The notes beneath the pieces were generated by a model. That model did no database searches. It was given only the letters and a program-made list of their open reading frames with translations, and had not been told where the DNA came from. This document shows positions 26,928-36,047 of a stretch of 64,000 bases of DNA, in pieces. The stretch's first letter is position 1, and each line of letters opens with the position of its first letter. The DNA comes from an uncultured Bacteriovorax sp. (GTDB lineage: Bacteria > Bdellovibrionota > UBA1018), in the NCBI GenBank assembly GCA_964432565.1, contig CAYSOA010000011.1, positions 612-64,611 on the forward strand, given 5' to 3'. Both the position numbers and the translations under genes were made by a program.

Positions 26928-27938
26928 TCACCACCGAAGGCAGACAGAGCCGTAGGTGAGTCCGGCGCCAAAGACATCGAGCACCAGCAGGTCGCCACGC
27001 TTGATTTTTCCGCTTCGAACACCTTCGTCGAGCATGGTGGGAATCGTTGCGGCAGAGGTGTTTCCGTAGCGGTCGACATTGACCAGTACCTTGTCCATCG
27101 GAAAGTCGAGACGATTGGCCACCGCTTCGATGATGCGCAGGTTGGCCTGATGGGGAACGAACCAGTCGAGATCCTTGAGGCTGAGCCCGTTGGTTTCGAG
27201 CGCCATGACCGCATATTCAGCAAGGGTCTTGACGGCCACCTTGAAAACCTCGCGCCCCTTCATGGTGATCTTGTTCACCTGCGCATCGAGAATCTCATGC
27301 GTCACCGGGAGCTTTGAGCCTCCGGATGGACACAGAATGAGATCGGTCATCGCTCCGTCGGCCCCAAGATGGCTTGAAAGAATTCTGGAGCGATCGTCGA
27401 AATCGGTGCGTTCAATCAACACGGCTCCGGCGCCGTCTCCAAAGAGGATGCAGCTGGCGCGGTCCTGCCAGTTGACGAACGAGCTCAGTACTTCGGCTCC
27501 AATCACCAGGACACACTTCTTCTGGCCTGCGCGAATGAACATGTCGGCGGTCGTCAGAGCGTAGAGAAAGCCGGAGCAGGCCGCGTTCATGTCGACCGTC
27601 CCTGCATTTCGAGCGCCGATGCGATGCTGAACCCAAGCCGAAGCCCCCGGAATCAGGGTGTCCGGCGAGCAGGTGGCCTGCAGGATGAGGTCGACGTCCT
27701 CAGGCCTCTTTCCGGCCATTTCGAGGGCGAGAAGAGCGGCACGGGCACTGAGGGCCGAATTGGTCTCGTCGGGATTGCCCGGTTCCGAGATCCGGCGTTC
27801 GCGAATGCCGGTGCGTTCGCGAATCCATTCGTCGCTCGAATCGATCTTTGCGGCCAGCTCGTCGTTCGTCAGGATGCGCTTCGGAAAAACCGAGCCCGTC
27901 CCGGTGATCCGGCTCGAGTACATTTTGTGTGGAGTCAT
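26928..27938 (-). CDS. fabH: 3-oxoacyl-ACP synthase III
   Basis: DMNAACSGFLYAL, HQANLRI, GNTSAATIP. Confidence 0.95.
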   Translation of the reverse strand: MTPHKMYSSRITGTGSVFPKRILTNDELAAKIDSSDEWIRERTGIRERRISEPGNPDETNSALSARAALLALEMAGKRPEDVDLILQATCSPDTLIPGASAWVQHRIGARNAGTVDMNAACSGFLYALTTADMFIRAGQKKCVLVIGAEVLSSFVNWQDRASCILFGDGAGAVLIERTDFDDRSRILSSHLGADGAMTDLILCPSGGSKLPVTHEILDAQVNKITMKGREVFKVAVKTLAEYAVMALETNGLSLKDLDWFVPHQANLRIIEAVANRLDFPMDKVLVNVDRYGNTSAATIPTMLDEGVRSGKIKRGDLLVLDVFGAGLTYGSVCLRW

Positions 27939-27969
27939 GTGCTACCCGTCTCCCGAATCGTTCTCGTCA

Positions 27970-29091
27970 TCAAGTGCTCTGTTGGGGGTTCAGCCCCGAT
28001 GAAAGGTTTTCCTGAAGTGCCTCGTCGAGGCTTTCGACGACGCGTTTTTCGAGTGCCGCATGAGCCCGAAGCAGGGCGTTACGAATGGCCCTCGGATTGC
28101 TTCGGCCGTGGCAGATGAACGCATAGCCGGCCACTCCGAGCAGAGGTGCGGCACCGTATTCCGCATAATCGAGTTTTTTCTTCAGACTGCGAAAGATCGG
28201 AGCGGCCAGCGCGAGTCCGACCGAGGCAACGGGGTTTCGTCGTGCCCCCTCCTTCAGGATCTGAACAACGGCCGACCCCAGTCCTTCAACCGACTTGAGC
28301 ATGACATTTCCGACGAACCCATCCGTCACGACCACATCGACAACGCCCTTGAAGATCTCCTTGCCCTCGGCGTAGCCCTTGAATTGGGCGATTTTTGAGA
28401 AGTGGGGAAGGGATTCGATCAGCGCCAGGGTCGAGCGCGTGAGTTCGTTGCCCTTGCCACGTTCTTCGCCGTTCGAGAGCACCCCGACTCGCGGAAGTCC
28501 CGGCGACTTGCGGTCTACCTGGGCAAAAAGGGCACCCATGACGGCAAAATCACGGAGGTGCTCGGGCTTGCAATCGACGTTGGCCCCGACGTCCAGGACG
28601 ACGCAGCCATCCCGACTCAGAGTGGGGAGAGTGACGGCAATTCCAGGGCGCTCGACGCCTTTGAGGCGCCCCATGTGGATCAGCGCCGAAGCCATCATGG
28701 CACCGGAGTGTCCGGCACTGATAAAGGCCGCTGGGGGATTTTCTAAAGATCTCGACTTCCAGCTGTCGGCGGCCATGCGGCAGCCAATATTGATGGAGGC
28801 CTGCGGTTTCTGCCGGATCGACTTGATGGAGTCCTGCATGTCGATCGACTCCGACGCCTGAATCCAACGCACGGATGGGCTTCGGTGACCTGATTTTTCT
28901 GAAACTTCGAGAGCGCGCCGCAGCGGCGCAAAACGTCGCGATCGAAGAAGGCGGGCGCAAGAGTTTTGATCGCCCACCAAAATCAGATCGGCGTTACTCT
29001 TCTTGAGGTCTTCCAGGGCAAGAACCGCTCCCTGAAGGATCGACTGGGGGGCTTTGTCGCCCCCCATCACGTCCAGGATGAGCTGAGCCAT
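27970..29091 (-). CDS. plsX: phosphate acyltransferase PlsX
   Basis: ILDVMGGDKAP, TDGFVGNVMLK, and its position in the rpmF-plsX-fab block. Confidence 0.95.
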   Translation of the reverse strand: MAQLILDVMGGDKAPQSILQGAVLALEDLKKSNADLILVGDQNSCARLLRSRRFAPLRRALEVSEKSGHRSPSVRWIQASESIDMQDSIKSIRQKPQASINIGCRMAADSWKSRSLENPPAAFISAGHSGAMMASALIHMGRLKGVERPGIAVTLPTLSRDGCVVLDVGANVDCKPEHLRDFAVMGALFAQVDRKSPGLPRVGVLSNGEERGKGNELTRSTLALIESLPHFSKIAQFKGYAEGKEIFKGVVDVVVTDGFVGNVMLKSVEGLGSAVVQILKEGARRNPVASVGLALAAPIFRSLKKKLDYAEYGAAPLLGVAGYAFICHGRSNPRAIRNALLRAHAALEKRVVESLDEALQENLSSGLNPQQST

Positions 29092-29097
29092 GCCGAA

Positions 29098-29304
29098 CTA
29101 GTTCGCGGCGAGCTCAGTCGTCTTGATCTTCGGAGCCTTCACCAGCTTGCCCGAGTAATGGCCACAGGCGCAAACGCGGTGAGGGCGGGTGGGCTCGTTG
29201 CACGACGCACAGGTTGTGATCGTGGTGGAGGCCAGCTTGTTGCCAGCGGCAAAACGACGCATGTTGCGACGGCTCTTTGAAATCTTCTTCTTGGGTGTTG
29301 CCAT
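29098..29304 (-). CDS. rpmF: 50S ribosomal protein L32
   Basis: [17 protein letters not shown]...C..C....RPHRVC..CG.Y. Confidence 0.95.
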   Translation of the reverse strand: MATPKKKISKSRRNMRRFAAGNKLASTTITTCASCNEPTRPHRVCACGHYSGKLVKAPKIKTTELAAN

Positions 29305-29331
29305 GGTTTCTCCTTCTATAAAAAAACAGGG

Positions 29332-29988
29332 TTACGACTTCGATGCACCAATTCTCAAATTCTTCAGCGCCGAAAAAGCGTTGGAGGGCTGAATTCTCGC
29401 GCAGGCGCAGCGCCCCCGGTTCTGGTCGGCACCGCAGTTCGCGCAGATGCCCTTGCAGTCTTCATTGCAGAGAGGCTGAAACGGCATCACGAGCTGAAGT
29501 TGTTCTGTCAGGACGTTGGAAAGGTCAATCAGATCTTCGGGAAGATAAGTGATGTCGAGATCCTGATGCAGCGACCCCTCGCCCGCAAAATCGTGGGCGT
29601 GGCGCGCGTGCCCACTCAGTTTTCCAATCACTTTTCCGGTGGTTCTTCCCTGCTTGTCGGTGTCCAGATGGGCAATGCCGGCCATCGAAGGATCCCGGCA
29701 GAATAGGGCCGAGAAATGAGGCGAGCAGGGCATGCGATACGAGGAGGCGCAACGACTGCAAAGGAGCTCCACTTCGGTTCGGATCTGCCCCTGGACCACA
29801 ATCACCCCATCCACCTGCCGGAGAGTCAGGTCCCCTTCCAGGGGGCGCGGAGCCAGGGATGCGGAAGACGCAAGAACAGGCTCCGCGCGCTCATCCACAA
29901 GAGCGACGGCATCGAGAGCCCATTTGTCCTTTTCAGTGAAGTGGACCTCAGTGCCCAGTTCGCTGATTTCATGAAGAAAAAGTTTCAT
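29332..29988 (-). CDS. yceD: YceD/DUF177-family protein
   Basis: It sits upstream of rpmF. C-terminal Cys cluster CNEDCKGICANCGADQNRGRCAC. Confidence 0.85.
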   Translation of the reverse strand: MKLFLHEISELGTEVHFTEKDKWALDAVALVDERAEPVLASSASLAPRPLEGDLTLRQVDGVIVVQGQIRTEVELLCSRCASSYRMPCSPHFSALFCRDPSMAGIAHLDTDKQGRTTGKVIGKLSGHARHAHDFAGEGSLHQDLDITYLPEDLIDLSNVLTEQLQLVMPFQPLCNEDCKGICANCGADQNRGRCACARIQPSNAFSALKNLRIGASKS

Positions 29989-30125
29989 GTCCCTATATCA
30001 GTGCCGAGGTCGGGCGCACGTCGCTCGACCCTTGTCGGTCTTCCTCTTGCTTCCTTTTGGTGCTGAGAGAATCGCCGCACCTTAGCCGGAAAGCGTTCTT
30101 TGCGTCAATTCAGGAATTTGGAGGG

Positions 30126-31193
30126 TCAATCGACCGGCTGAATCTTCAGGGAGCGGCCAAACTGGTAGTCAAACCGGTGGGTGCGCTCGAGCAGCCGTAT
30201 CCAGCGTTGAGCCGAGGGCTGGGAGGTGAGCGGGTGCTGCACGAGGGCGTCGATCAGGGCGTGGGGAGTGAGGGAGTCGCGCAGGGGGGAGGGTGCGATC
30301 CTTCGGGTTCTCTTCCAGAAGTCGGAGACCATCTCGAAAAGCGTCTTGCCGCCGCCAGCCAGATGACCGCCTGTCGTTCTTCCTGCTCCTTTTTGGACCC
30401 GAACTCGAAGGGGCCCGAACGAGGACCACCCCGCCGTATGGGCGGCTGGAACGGCGTCGGACACCCAGCAGATTCCACTCGGATGCAGGCGGTGGGTCCA
30501 TAGGGTGACCACATCAGCGACATGCACCCCGTCGGGAATCAGCTCGATCAGCAATCCCGGGTGTCCCAGGGCTGCTCCGAGGATTCCCGGGTGCCGGTGA
30601 TGAAAGGGCATGGCGTTCCAAGCGTGGGTCAGGGCGCGTGCTCCCTCGTGAAAGGCTTTTTCGACCAGATCAGGAGGGGCGTCGGAGTGCCCGATGCTGA
30701 TGGTGATCTGGTGCTCCCGAGCCCAGTGCAGGATTCGGCGGATTTCTGGCCATGGGCCTCGCTCTGGAGCAAGAGTGACGCGGGCCAGGGTTTTTCGCGA
30801 CTCTTCGTGCCAGCGGCGAAGCAGGGAAAGGCTCGGCGCGATGAGATTGGACGGAGGGTGGGCTCCGCAGCAGCTGCGTGAGAGGAAGGGGCCTTCGAGG
30901 TGAATCCCGAGCGGAAAGGCGTATCCGGCGCGGGGGCCGGTCTCGTGCCATCCGTGAATCCAGTCGCCGAGGCGTCGCAGAGCCTCCTCGAGTGGTCGCT
31001 GACGTGCGGAAAGTGTGGTGGGAAGAAATGCGGCCACCCCTTTCGCGAAAAGCCTGCGGCACATTCGGTCGAGATCGCGGGGGGAGGCCTTCATGAGGTC
31101 CACTCCAAAGGCTCCGTGAAAGTGCAGATCGATGGCACCGAGCGTGCGGATGACCGTGGCTTTATCCTTGACCCGTTTCATGGCTCGTGGCAC
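30126..31193 (-). CDS. nagA: N-acetylglucosamine-6-phosphate deacetylase-family amidohydrolase (short N-terminus)
   Basis: Motif-by-motif match to NagA: IDLHFHGAFG, LGIHLEGPFL, VTLAPE, SIGHSD, THAWNAM, IPDGVHV, WVSDA. The metal-binding HxH begins at about residue 23, so most of the usual N-terminal beta-sandwich is absent. Confidence 0.8.
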   Translation of the reverse strand: MPRAMKRVKDKATVIRTLGAIDLHFHGAFGVDLMKASPRDLDRMCRRLFAKGVAAFLPTTLSARQRPLEEALRRLGDWIHGWHETGPRAGYAFPLGIHLEGPFLSRSCCGAHPPSNLIAPSLSLLRRWHEESRKTLARVTLAPERGPWPEIRRILHWAREHQITISIGHSDAPPDLVEKAFHEGARALTHAWNAMPFHHRHPGILGAALGHPGLLIELIPDGVHVADVVTLWTHRLHPSGICWVSDAVPAAHTAGWSSFGPLRVRVQKGAGRTTGGHLAGGGKTLFEMVSDFWKRTRRIAPSPLRDSLTPHALIDALVQHPLTSQPSAQRWIRLLERTHRFDYQFGRSLKIQPVD

Positions 31194-31209
31194 CCCAAGA
31201 GCCTAACAT

Positions 31210-32115
31210 ATGGCCACTTCAAGCAAAATGAACCGAGCGAAAAAAGCCGCAACCCGCAAACCGGCGAAGAAGGCTGCCCCGACCATCACGGGAAAGTCTT
31301 TGAAGTCCAAATCCAAGGCGATGGCTCCAAAGAAGGCCGCTGGAAAGGCCGTTGCGCCCAAAAAGACGTCTGGCAAGGCAGGGATTCAGGCGATCCTGAC
31401 CGCCTTCCGCGGAAAGCCCAAGTCCTCGGCAGCGGGGGCCGCTGCGTCGACCGGTAAGGCGAAAGTGGTGGCGAAGCCCTCCAAAGGGGTGAAGGCCGGC
31501 AAGCCGGGCAAGAAGGCGGTTGCAGTCGTTCCTCCGGTGAAGCGCGGTGCTGTTGTAGCGGCAAAGGCTGCGGGAAAAGCAGCATCCCGGGATAAGGCGG
31601 TTGCCACGGAAGTCCGGATGGCGGCGAAGCCTCATCAGGAGGCCGTTTCGTCAAAGACCAAGAAAGCTAGCCCTGGCAAGCCCGGCAAGAATTCCGCAGC
31701 GATGGCTGCTGCTGCTGTCGTCGAGAAAGTGGCTGCCCAGCTCAGCGGACGCAGCCAGAGCCGTCCGCAGACCGACACGGTTTGTCGCGAAGTGGCCTGC
31801 GAGGGGTTGGGAACGACGGGCGGCTACTGTCGTCTGCACTACATCAAAAACTGGCGTAAGATTAAGCTCAAGGAAGTGATTCTCAGCGAAGGCAAACTCA
31901 ATATCTACATCGAGGAGTTGGTCGCCAAGTATCCCGAGAAATACCTCGAGGCCATTCGCAACGATCTGGCCAACGAGAAGGAATTCGCAAAAGTCATTTC
32001 CGATCTCGATCTCGATGAGTCTGTCGACGAGTTTGAAGGCGACGGGTCGTCCGACGGCGATGCGGTGATCGATTCGATCAAGCGCGAGTTCGAGGACGAC
32101 GCCGACGGGTTCTAG
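31210..32115 (+). CDS. Lys/Ala-rich histone-H1-like protein with C-terminal Cys/His motif and acidic tail
   Basis: About 190 aa of KKAA/AKPxK low-complexity sequence, then CREVACEGLGTTGGYCRLHY, a helical region, and the acidic end DLDLDESVDEFEGDGSSDGD...EFEDDADGF. Confidence 0.7.
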   Translation: MATSSKMNRAKKAATRKPAKKAAPTITGKSLKSKSKAMAPKKAAGKAVAPKKTSGKAGIQAILTAFRGKPKSSAAGAAASTGKAKVVAKPSKGVKAGKPGKKAVAVVPPVKRGAVVAAKAAGKAASRDKAVATEVRMAAKPHQEAVSSKTKKASPGKPGKNSAAMAAAAVVEKVAAQLSGRSQSRPQTDTVCREVACEGLGTTGGYCRLHYIKNWRKIKLKEVILSEGKLNIYIEELVAKYPEKYLEAIRNDLANEKEFAKVISDLDLDESVDEFEGDGSSDGDAVIDSIKREFEDDADGF

Positions 32116-32152
32116 TTTCTGCGACCTGCTCCACGGGAGTGGGGCAGGTCGA

Positions 32153-32761
32153 TCAATGGAGTCCTGAGCCCTGTCCTGGTTTTTTCGGGGGCACCACAAA
32201 AAGGGACTCGGCCTGCTGCTCCTCATCGGCAAGGCGCTTTTTGAAGTCTGGATCATTCTTCGAAAGCCAGTCGTCAGCAGCCTCATCGAGCACGGGGTTG
32301 GACTTGTCCACCTTGAGATAGATGCGCCGTTTGGCGACTTCGGTTTCGGTCCACTGCAGGGGGGCGGACCCCAGCGCAGCGAGAGCAGGAGAGAGGAGAG
32401 CCGGATTTCCCTCTTCGTCCGGGCCGCGCTCGAAAAGCGCAGTAAAGAGATCACCGGCCGCGTCCACGCAGGCCGCCAGAAGGTCTTCGACCGTCGGACT
32501 ACTGGCCTTCGGGTCAAAGTCGCAGCTCGTGTGAATCGTCGTGGCCGAGAGCTTTCCCGTCTCGACCAGTGAGATGCGCACCACGACTTCATCCGAGTAA
32601 ATTTCGCCCGAAGCCACGAAGCGAGGTTCAGAAGCGCCCTCCAGGTTCTTCACCCGCTCACCGAAGTTGGCGGAGAAGACTTCATTGACCATCTTCGTAT
32701 AGTCGGCCGGCAGGGGCGAAAAGGAGGATGCTGTCGGTTTGCGGCGTTCCTTGATGCTCAT
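32153..32761 (-). CDS. hypothetical protein (202 aa), no signal peptide
   Basis: ATGA-coupled to the htrA-like stop at 32758-32761. Balanced composition; I recognise no family. Confidence 0.6.
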   Translation of the reverse strand: MSIKERRKPTASSFSPLPADYTKMVNEVFSANFGERVKNLEGASEPRFVASGEIYSDEVVVRISLVETGKLSATTIHTSCDFDPKASSPTVEDLLAACVDAAGDLFTALFERGPDEEGNPALLSPALAALGSAPLQWTETEVAKRRIYLKVDKSNPVLDEAADDWLSKNDPDFKKRLADEEQQAESLFVVPPKKPGQGSGLH

Positions 32762-33930
32762 AGGGTTCCTTGGGGAAGTTGTTCGATGGGAGGGTGTTCA
32801 GACAGGGTGACTTTGCGTTCGAGTGTTCGCTCTCCTCGAAGAAACTTGAGTGTGACGGTCTCGTTCGGTCTCTTCTTGTAGATCGCGCGTTCGACATCCA
32901 GGGGTTCGACGGTCACGATTCCGTCGACCGAAAGAATGATGTCTCCCTGCTGAAGGCCGGCCTTGGCGGCGGGGCCACGTCGAAGCAGGTCGTAGACCAG
33001 GATTCCCTGATCGGACCCCAGACGATAGTACTGAGCCAGGCGGGCATCCATGCGCTGGCCTTGAATGCCCAGCCAGGGTCTCGGCACCCGGCCGTAGCGC
33101 ACGAGATCGCTGATCACCGACTTGGCCTCATTCGAAGGAATGGCAAAGCCCAGTCCTCCACTCTGTCCTGTGCGCGAGAAGATGGCCGTGTTGATTCCGA
33201 TGACCTCGCCCTTGAAGTTGAAGAGCGGACCACCCGAGTTGCCGGGATTGATGGAGGCGTCCGTCTGCAGAAAGTTGTCAAACGGACCGATGCCGATCGT
33301 TCGGTTCTTGGCCGAGATGATGCCCGTGGTGACGGTGTGCTGCAGGCTGAAGGGATTGCCGACGGCAAAAACCGGCTCGGCGATCCGCACCTGGTCGGAG
33401 TTGCCGAAGGGAACCTGCTTGAGTCCGGCGGGAACCTTGCGCTTGTTGTCGTAGATTTTCAGCAGCGCCAGATCGAGTTTTGGATCGAGGCCGATGATCT
33501 TTGCCGGGTAGACCTTCTTGTCCATCAGGGTCACCAGCACTTCAGTGGCGTGGCTGACGACGTGGTTGTTCGTCATGACGAGGCCCTGTTCGGCGTTGAT
33601 GATGAAGCCCGAGCCCAGTGAGGATTGCTTGCGCTCGCGAGGAATTCCCCAGAACTGAAAGAAATCCTCCATTCCGTGGGGGATGGCTGTTTGGCTGATC
33701 GTGGTCGAGCTGATGTTGACGACGCCCGGAAGGACCTTTTCGACGAGGTCGGGGAGGTCCTGAGGGGCGACGATCGCAGCGGAGGCACTCGAAGCCAGAC
33801 AGACGCCGGTTATCGGGCCACCCAGCCCTGCGACGAGGGTAAGAAGGGGAAAGGAGGCAAGGGTATTCCTCAGCAGGCGCCCCACGCCGGGCATTCCAGA
33901 TCCAGCCATTTGAAGGGAAGGGGTTTGCAT
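32758..33930 (-). CDS. HtrA/DegP-family periplasmic serine protease with PDZ domain
   Basis: Catalytic-triad context TNNHVV, D..LLKI, GNSGGPLFN. A PDZ-like segment (GILVYDLLRRGPAAKAGLQQGDIILSVDG) and an N-terminal signal/anchor are present. Confidence 0.9.
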   Translation of the reverse strand: MQTPSLQMAGSGMPGVGRLLRNTLASFPLLTLVAGLGGPITGVCLASSASAAIVAPQDLPDLVEKVLPGVVNISSTTISQTAIPHGMEDFFQFWGIPRERKQSSLGSGFIINAEQGLVMTNNHVVSHATEVLVTLMDKKVYPAKIIGLDPKLDLALLKIYDNKRKVPAGLKQVPFGNSDQVRIAEPVFAVGNPFSLQHTVTTGIISAKNRTIGIGPFDNFLQTDASINPGNSGGPLFNFKGEVIGINTAIFSRTGQSGGLGFAIPSNEAKSVISDLVRYGRVPRPWLGIQGQRMDARLAQYYRLGSDQGILVYDLLRRGPAAKAGLQQGDIILSVDGIVTVEPLDVERAIYKKRPNETVTLKFLRGERTLERKVTLSEHPPIEQLPQGTL

Positions 33931-33987
33931 GACTCCAGAGTTGTCACAATTGGCTTTGAATTTCCACCGTCGGCATCTGAACCAGAA

Positions 33988-34530
33988 TCAGCGTGATCTC
34001 TTCGGACCCGACAGCGGGCCGATTCGCGAGTGAAGCAGGACCGGAACGAATTGTTCCTCGCTGGGCTCGGCGATTTTCCACTTCCCTTCCTCCCGCACAA
34101 GAATGAATCGAACGGTCAGTTCACGGGAGGGGGGAGGCGCTGAAGTGCCCGCCGCATCCTGCATGGATTCGAGGTCGTAGGTGACGCTCATGATCCGACG
34201 AGAGGCAGTGGATCCTGGATTGACGGGAGAGACTCTCACGCGGGTGGCGAGATGAAAGCTGTCGTGGGCAGGACTTTTCCTCCAGGTCGTGAACTCCTGC
34301 CGCTCCGAGTCGAGCAGTCCTGACCAGACAAACCCCTCTGCGTCACGATCTAGAAAGTAGGCGAGGACCTCCTCGGCACTTCTGAAGCGATTGATGATCT
34401 CCAGTCGTCGGTGGTTCTTTGCATGGGCCAGTTGCAATGGGGCCAGGACTCCGTTCAGCAGGCCCAGGGTGAGCAAAGCGAGGATCGCGAGTCCAATACG
34501 ATTCCATTGCCTAAAAAGAGGGTGGTTCAT
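33988..34530 (-). CDS. membrane-anchored small protein (about 180 aa)
   Basis: The ATG at 34530 forms an ATGA overlap with the upstream stop. One N-terminal TM (IGLAILALLTLGLLNGVL). I recognise no family. Confidence 0.6.
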   Translation of the reverse strand: MNHPLFRQWNRIGLAILALLTLGLLNGVLAPLQLAHAKNHRRLEIINRFRSAEEVLAYFLDRDAEGFVWSGLLDSERQEFTTWRKSPAHDSFHLATRVRVSPVNPGSTASRRIMSVTYDLESMQDAAGTSAPPPSRELTVRFILVREEGKWKIAEPSEEQFVPVLLHSRIGPLSGPKRSR

Positions 34531-36047
34531 GAGCTGCTTCCTTTTTGAGCTCGTTTCTGTAGAGAGCACTTTCGCGAGATCGCCTCGCGCTTGAGACGGA
34601 GTCCGAAAATCCCAGGGCGAAGCACTCTGTTCGGCGAGTCGATCGGATCGAGCGAAAGATTGAAGGTTCGCGATCGAAGTCCGCCATGACTTTGAGAGGC
34701 CTCGAGAACGCCGGCTTCGAGTTTCTCTGAGTCGTATTTTTCCACGATGAAGACGTGCCCGATCGGCTCGGCGCCGATTCGATAGACCAGAAGGTCAAAG
34801 GGCTTGAGCTTTTCACCCAGGTGGGGCTGTACGGGCTCGAAGTCCTCGGCCAGTCGCTCAAGACGCTTCAGTCTTGCCGCCTCATAACGTGGAGGGGGTC
34901 GGTAGCCACCCGTTCGCGCCAGCTGGTAGAGTGTTCTGAAATCCAGGGTGGTGAAGCGCATCTGCCGAACTTCGGCAGGCAGGGACTGGGATGCAAACCC
35001 GGAGCAGTCGGTGCCCGTCTTTGATCCACCCAGCCAATAGCCATTATGGGGAATCGTGATCTTCTCCTTGCTGCCATCCTTCATCGAAAGGGTCGGGGTC
35101 TCCACCAGATGCAGCCGGGCGAGAGCCTTCTCGCGTTCCTGCTCTGGAAGAGCGTTCAGGAGCACCATGCGGTCCGTCAACGCATCTCCGGAGGTTCCCG
35201 AAGGCAGCTTCGACGATCGCGCTGCAGCCTCGAGGGAGGGCAGAGCGCGAGAGGCTCCCTGACTCAGCGCTGCTTCGGCCTTGTCGAGGGCGTTCGCCAG
35301 ATCATTTCGAAATCGAATTCTCTCGCCGGGAAGCATCGAAGAGCGATTGGCCTGCTCGAAGGTCTGCGACTGCCTACGGAGTTGCTCCACCGAACGCTCC
35401 AGTCCCTCACGCTGCTGATCTTCGGGGAGCGCCGAAAAGGTGTTCACCAAGGTTCGCAGATCCTCATCGGCGTGATTCTGGTACCGACGTACGATCTGCC
35501 TGGCGCCGTCGACAAGGTTGATGCGAGCCGTCTCATCGTCTCGGTCTGCGATGTCCGAATAACGAACGGGTTGAAGCACCGAAGTCGGTTGGTTTGCAGG
35601 CGGAGGCGTGCCTTCCGGAAGTTCCGGGAGGGCCTGAGGGTCTTCGGGTGCGCAGATCAGCGTGGGCCTGGGTGACGGGACTGCTGCGGAGCTCGGGGTG
35701 CTTGAAGCGGCGCCTGAGACCGCAGCAGCGGAACCAGAGGTGTGAGCAGAAGGGCTACCAGAGGCGTACTCTGGGGCGACGATGTAGCTCTCCGACGGAT
35801 TCGAAAGCGAAGTCAATTTTAGCGCACGATCGCCTGACGAGGTCAGGTCTTCCATTCGGTACTTGCCGTTGAGCTGGATGCCCCGTCCGGGGGCGCTCTC
35901 CAGTCGTCCCGCGGGGACATTTCGTACGGCAAACCAGTTGTTTCCGAGGGGAGTGATGCTCGGTGAATCTCCAGAAACGCCGGCTGCAAGCACAGTCAGG
36001 GCAAGCAGAAGGAGGCCTCTCCGAGAAAACCGCAAGCAGGTGTTCAT
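34527..36047 (-). CDS. secreted protein with C-terminal NlpC/P60-like (papain-fold) domain
   Basis: Signal peptide LLLLALTVLAAGVSG and a Ser/Ala/Pro linker. The C-terminal region has GTDCSGFAS (Cys nucleophile context), KPFDLLVYR and PIGHVFIVEKY (His context). Confidence 0.7.
   Translation of the reverse strand: MNTCLRFSRRGLLLLALTVLAAGVSGDSPSITPLGNNWFAVRNVPAGRLESAPGRGIQLNGKYRMEDLTSSGDRALKLTSLSNPSESYIVAPEYASGSPSAHTSGSAAAVSGAASSTPSSAAVPSPRPTLICAPEDPQALPELPEGTPPPANQPTSVLQPVRYSDIADRDDETARINLVDGARQIVRRYQNHADEDLRTLVNTFSALPEDQQREGLERSVEQLRRQSQTFEQANRSSMLPGERIRFRNDLANALDKAEAALSQGASRALPSLEAAARSSKLPSGTSGDALTDRMVLLNALPEQEREKALARLHLVETPTLSMKDGSKEKITIPHNGYWLGGSKTGTDCSGFASQSLPAEVRQMRFTTLDFRTLYQLARTGGYRPPPRYEAARLKRLERLAEDFEPVQPHLGEKLKPFDLLVYRIGAEPIGHVFIVEKYDSEKLEAGVLEASQSHGGLRSRTFNLSLDPIDSPNRVLRPGIFGLRLKREAISRKCSLQKRAQKGSSS

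Noticed and set aside
25766-27317. Two long plus-strand ORFs (302 and 345 aa).
   Set aside because: They are antisense to fabD and fabH. They are low-complexity and Arg/Ser/Ala-rich.
31651-32592. A 313-aa minus-strand ORF spanning the end of the H1-like gene and the 202-aa orphan.
   Set aside because: It overlaps two better-supported genes. The N-terminal two-thirds is R/S/P/W-rich junk-like sequence.
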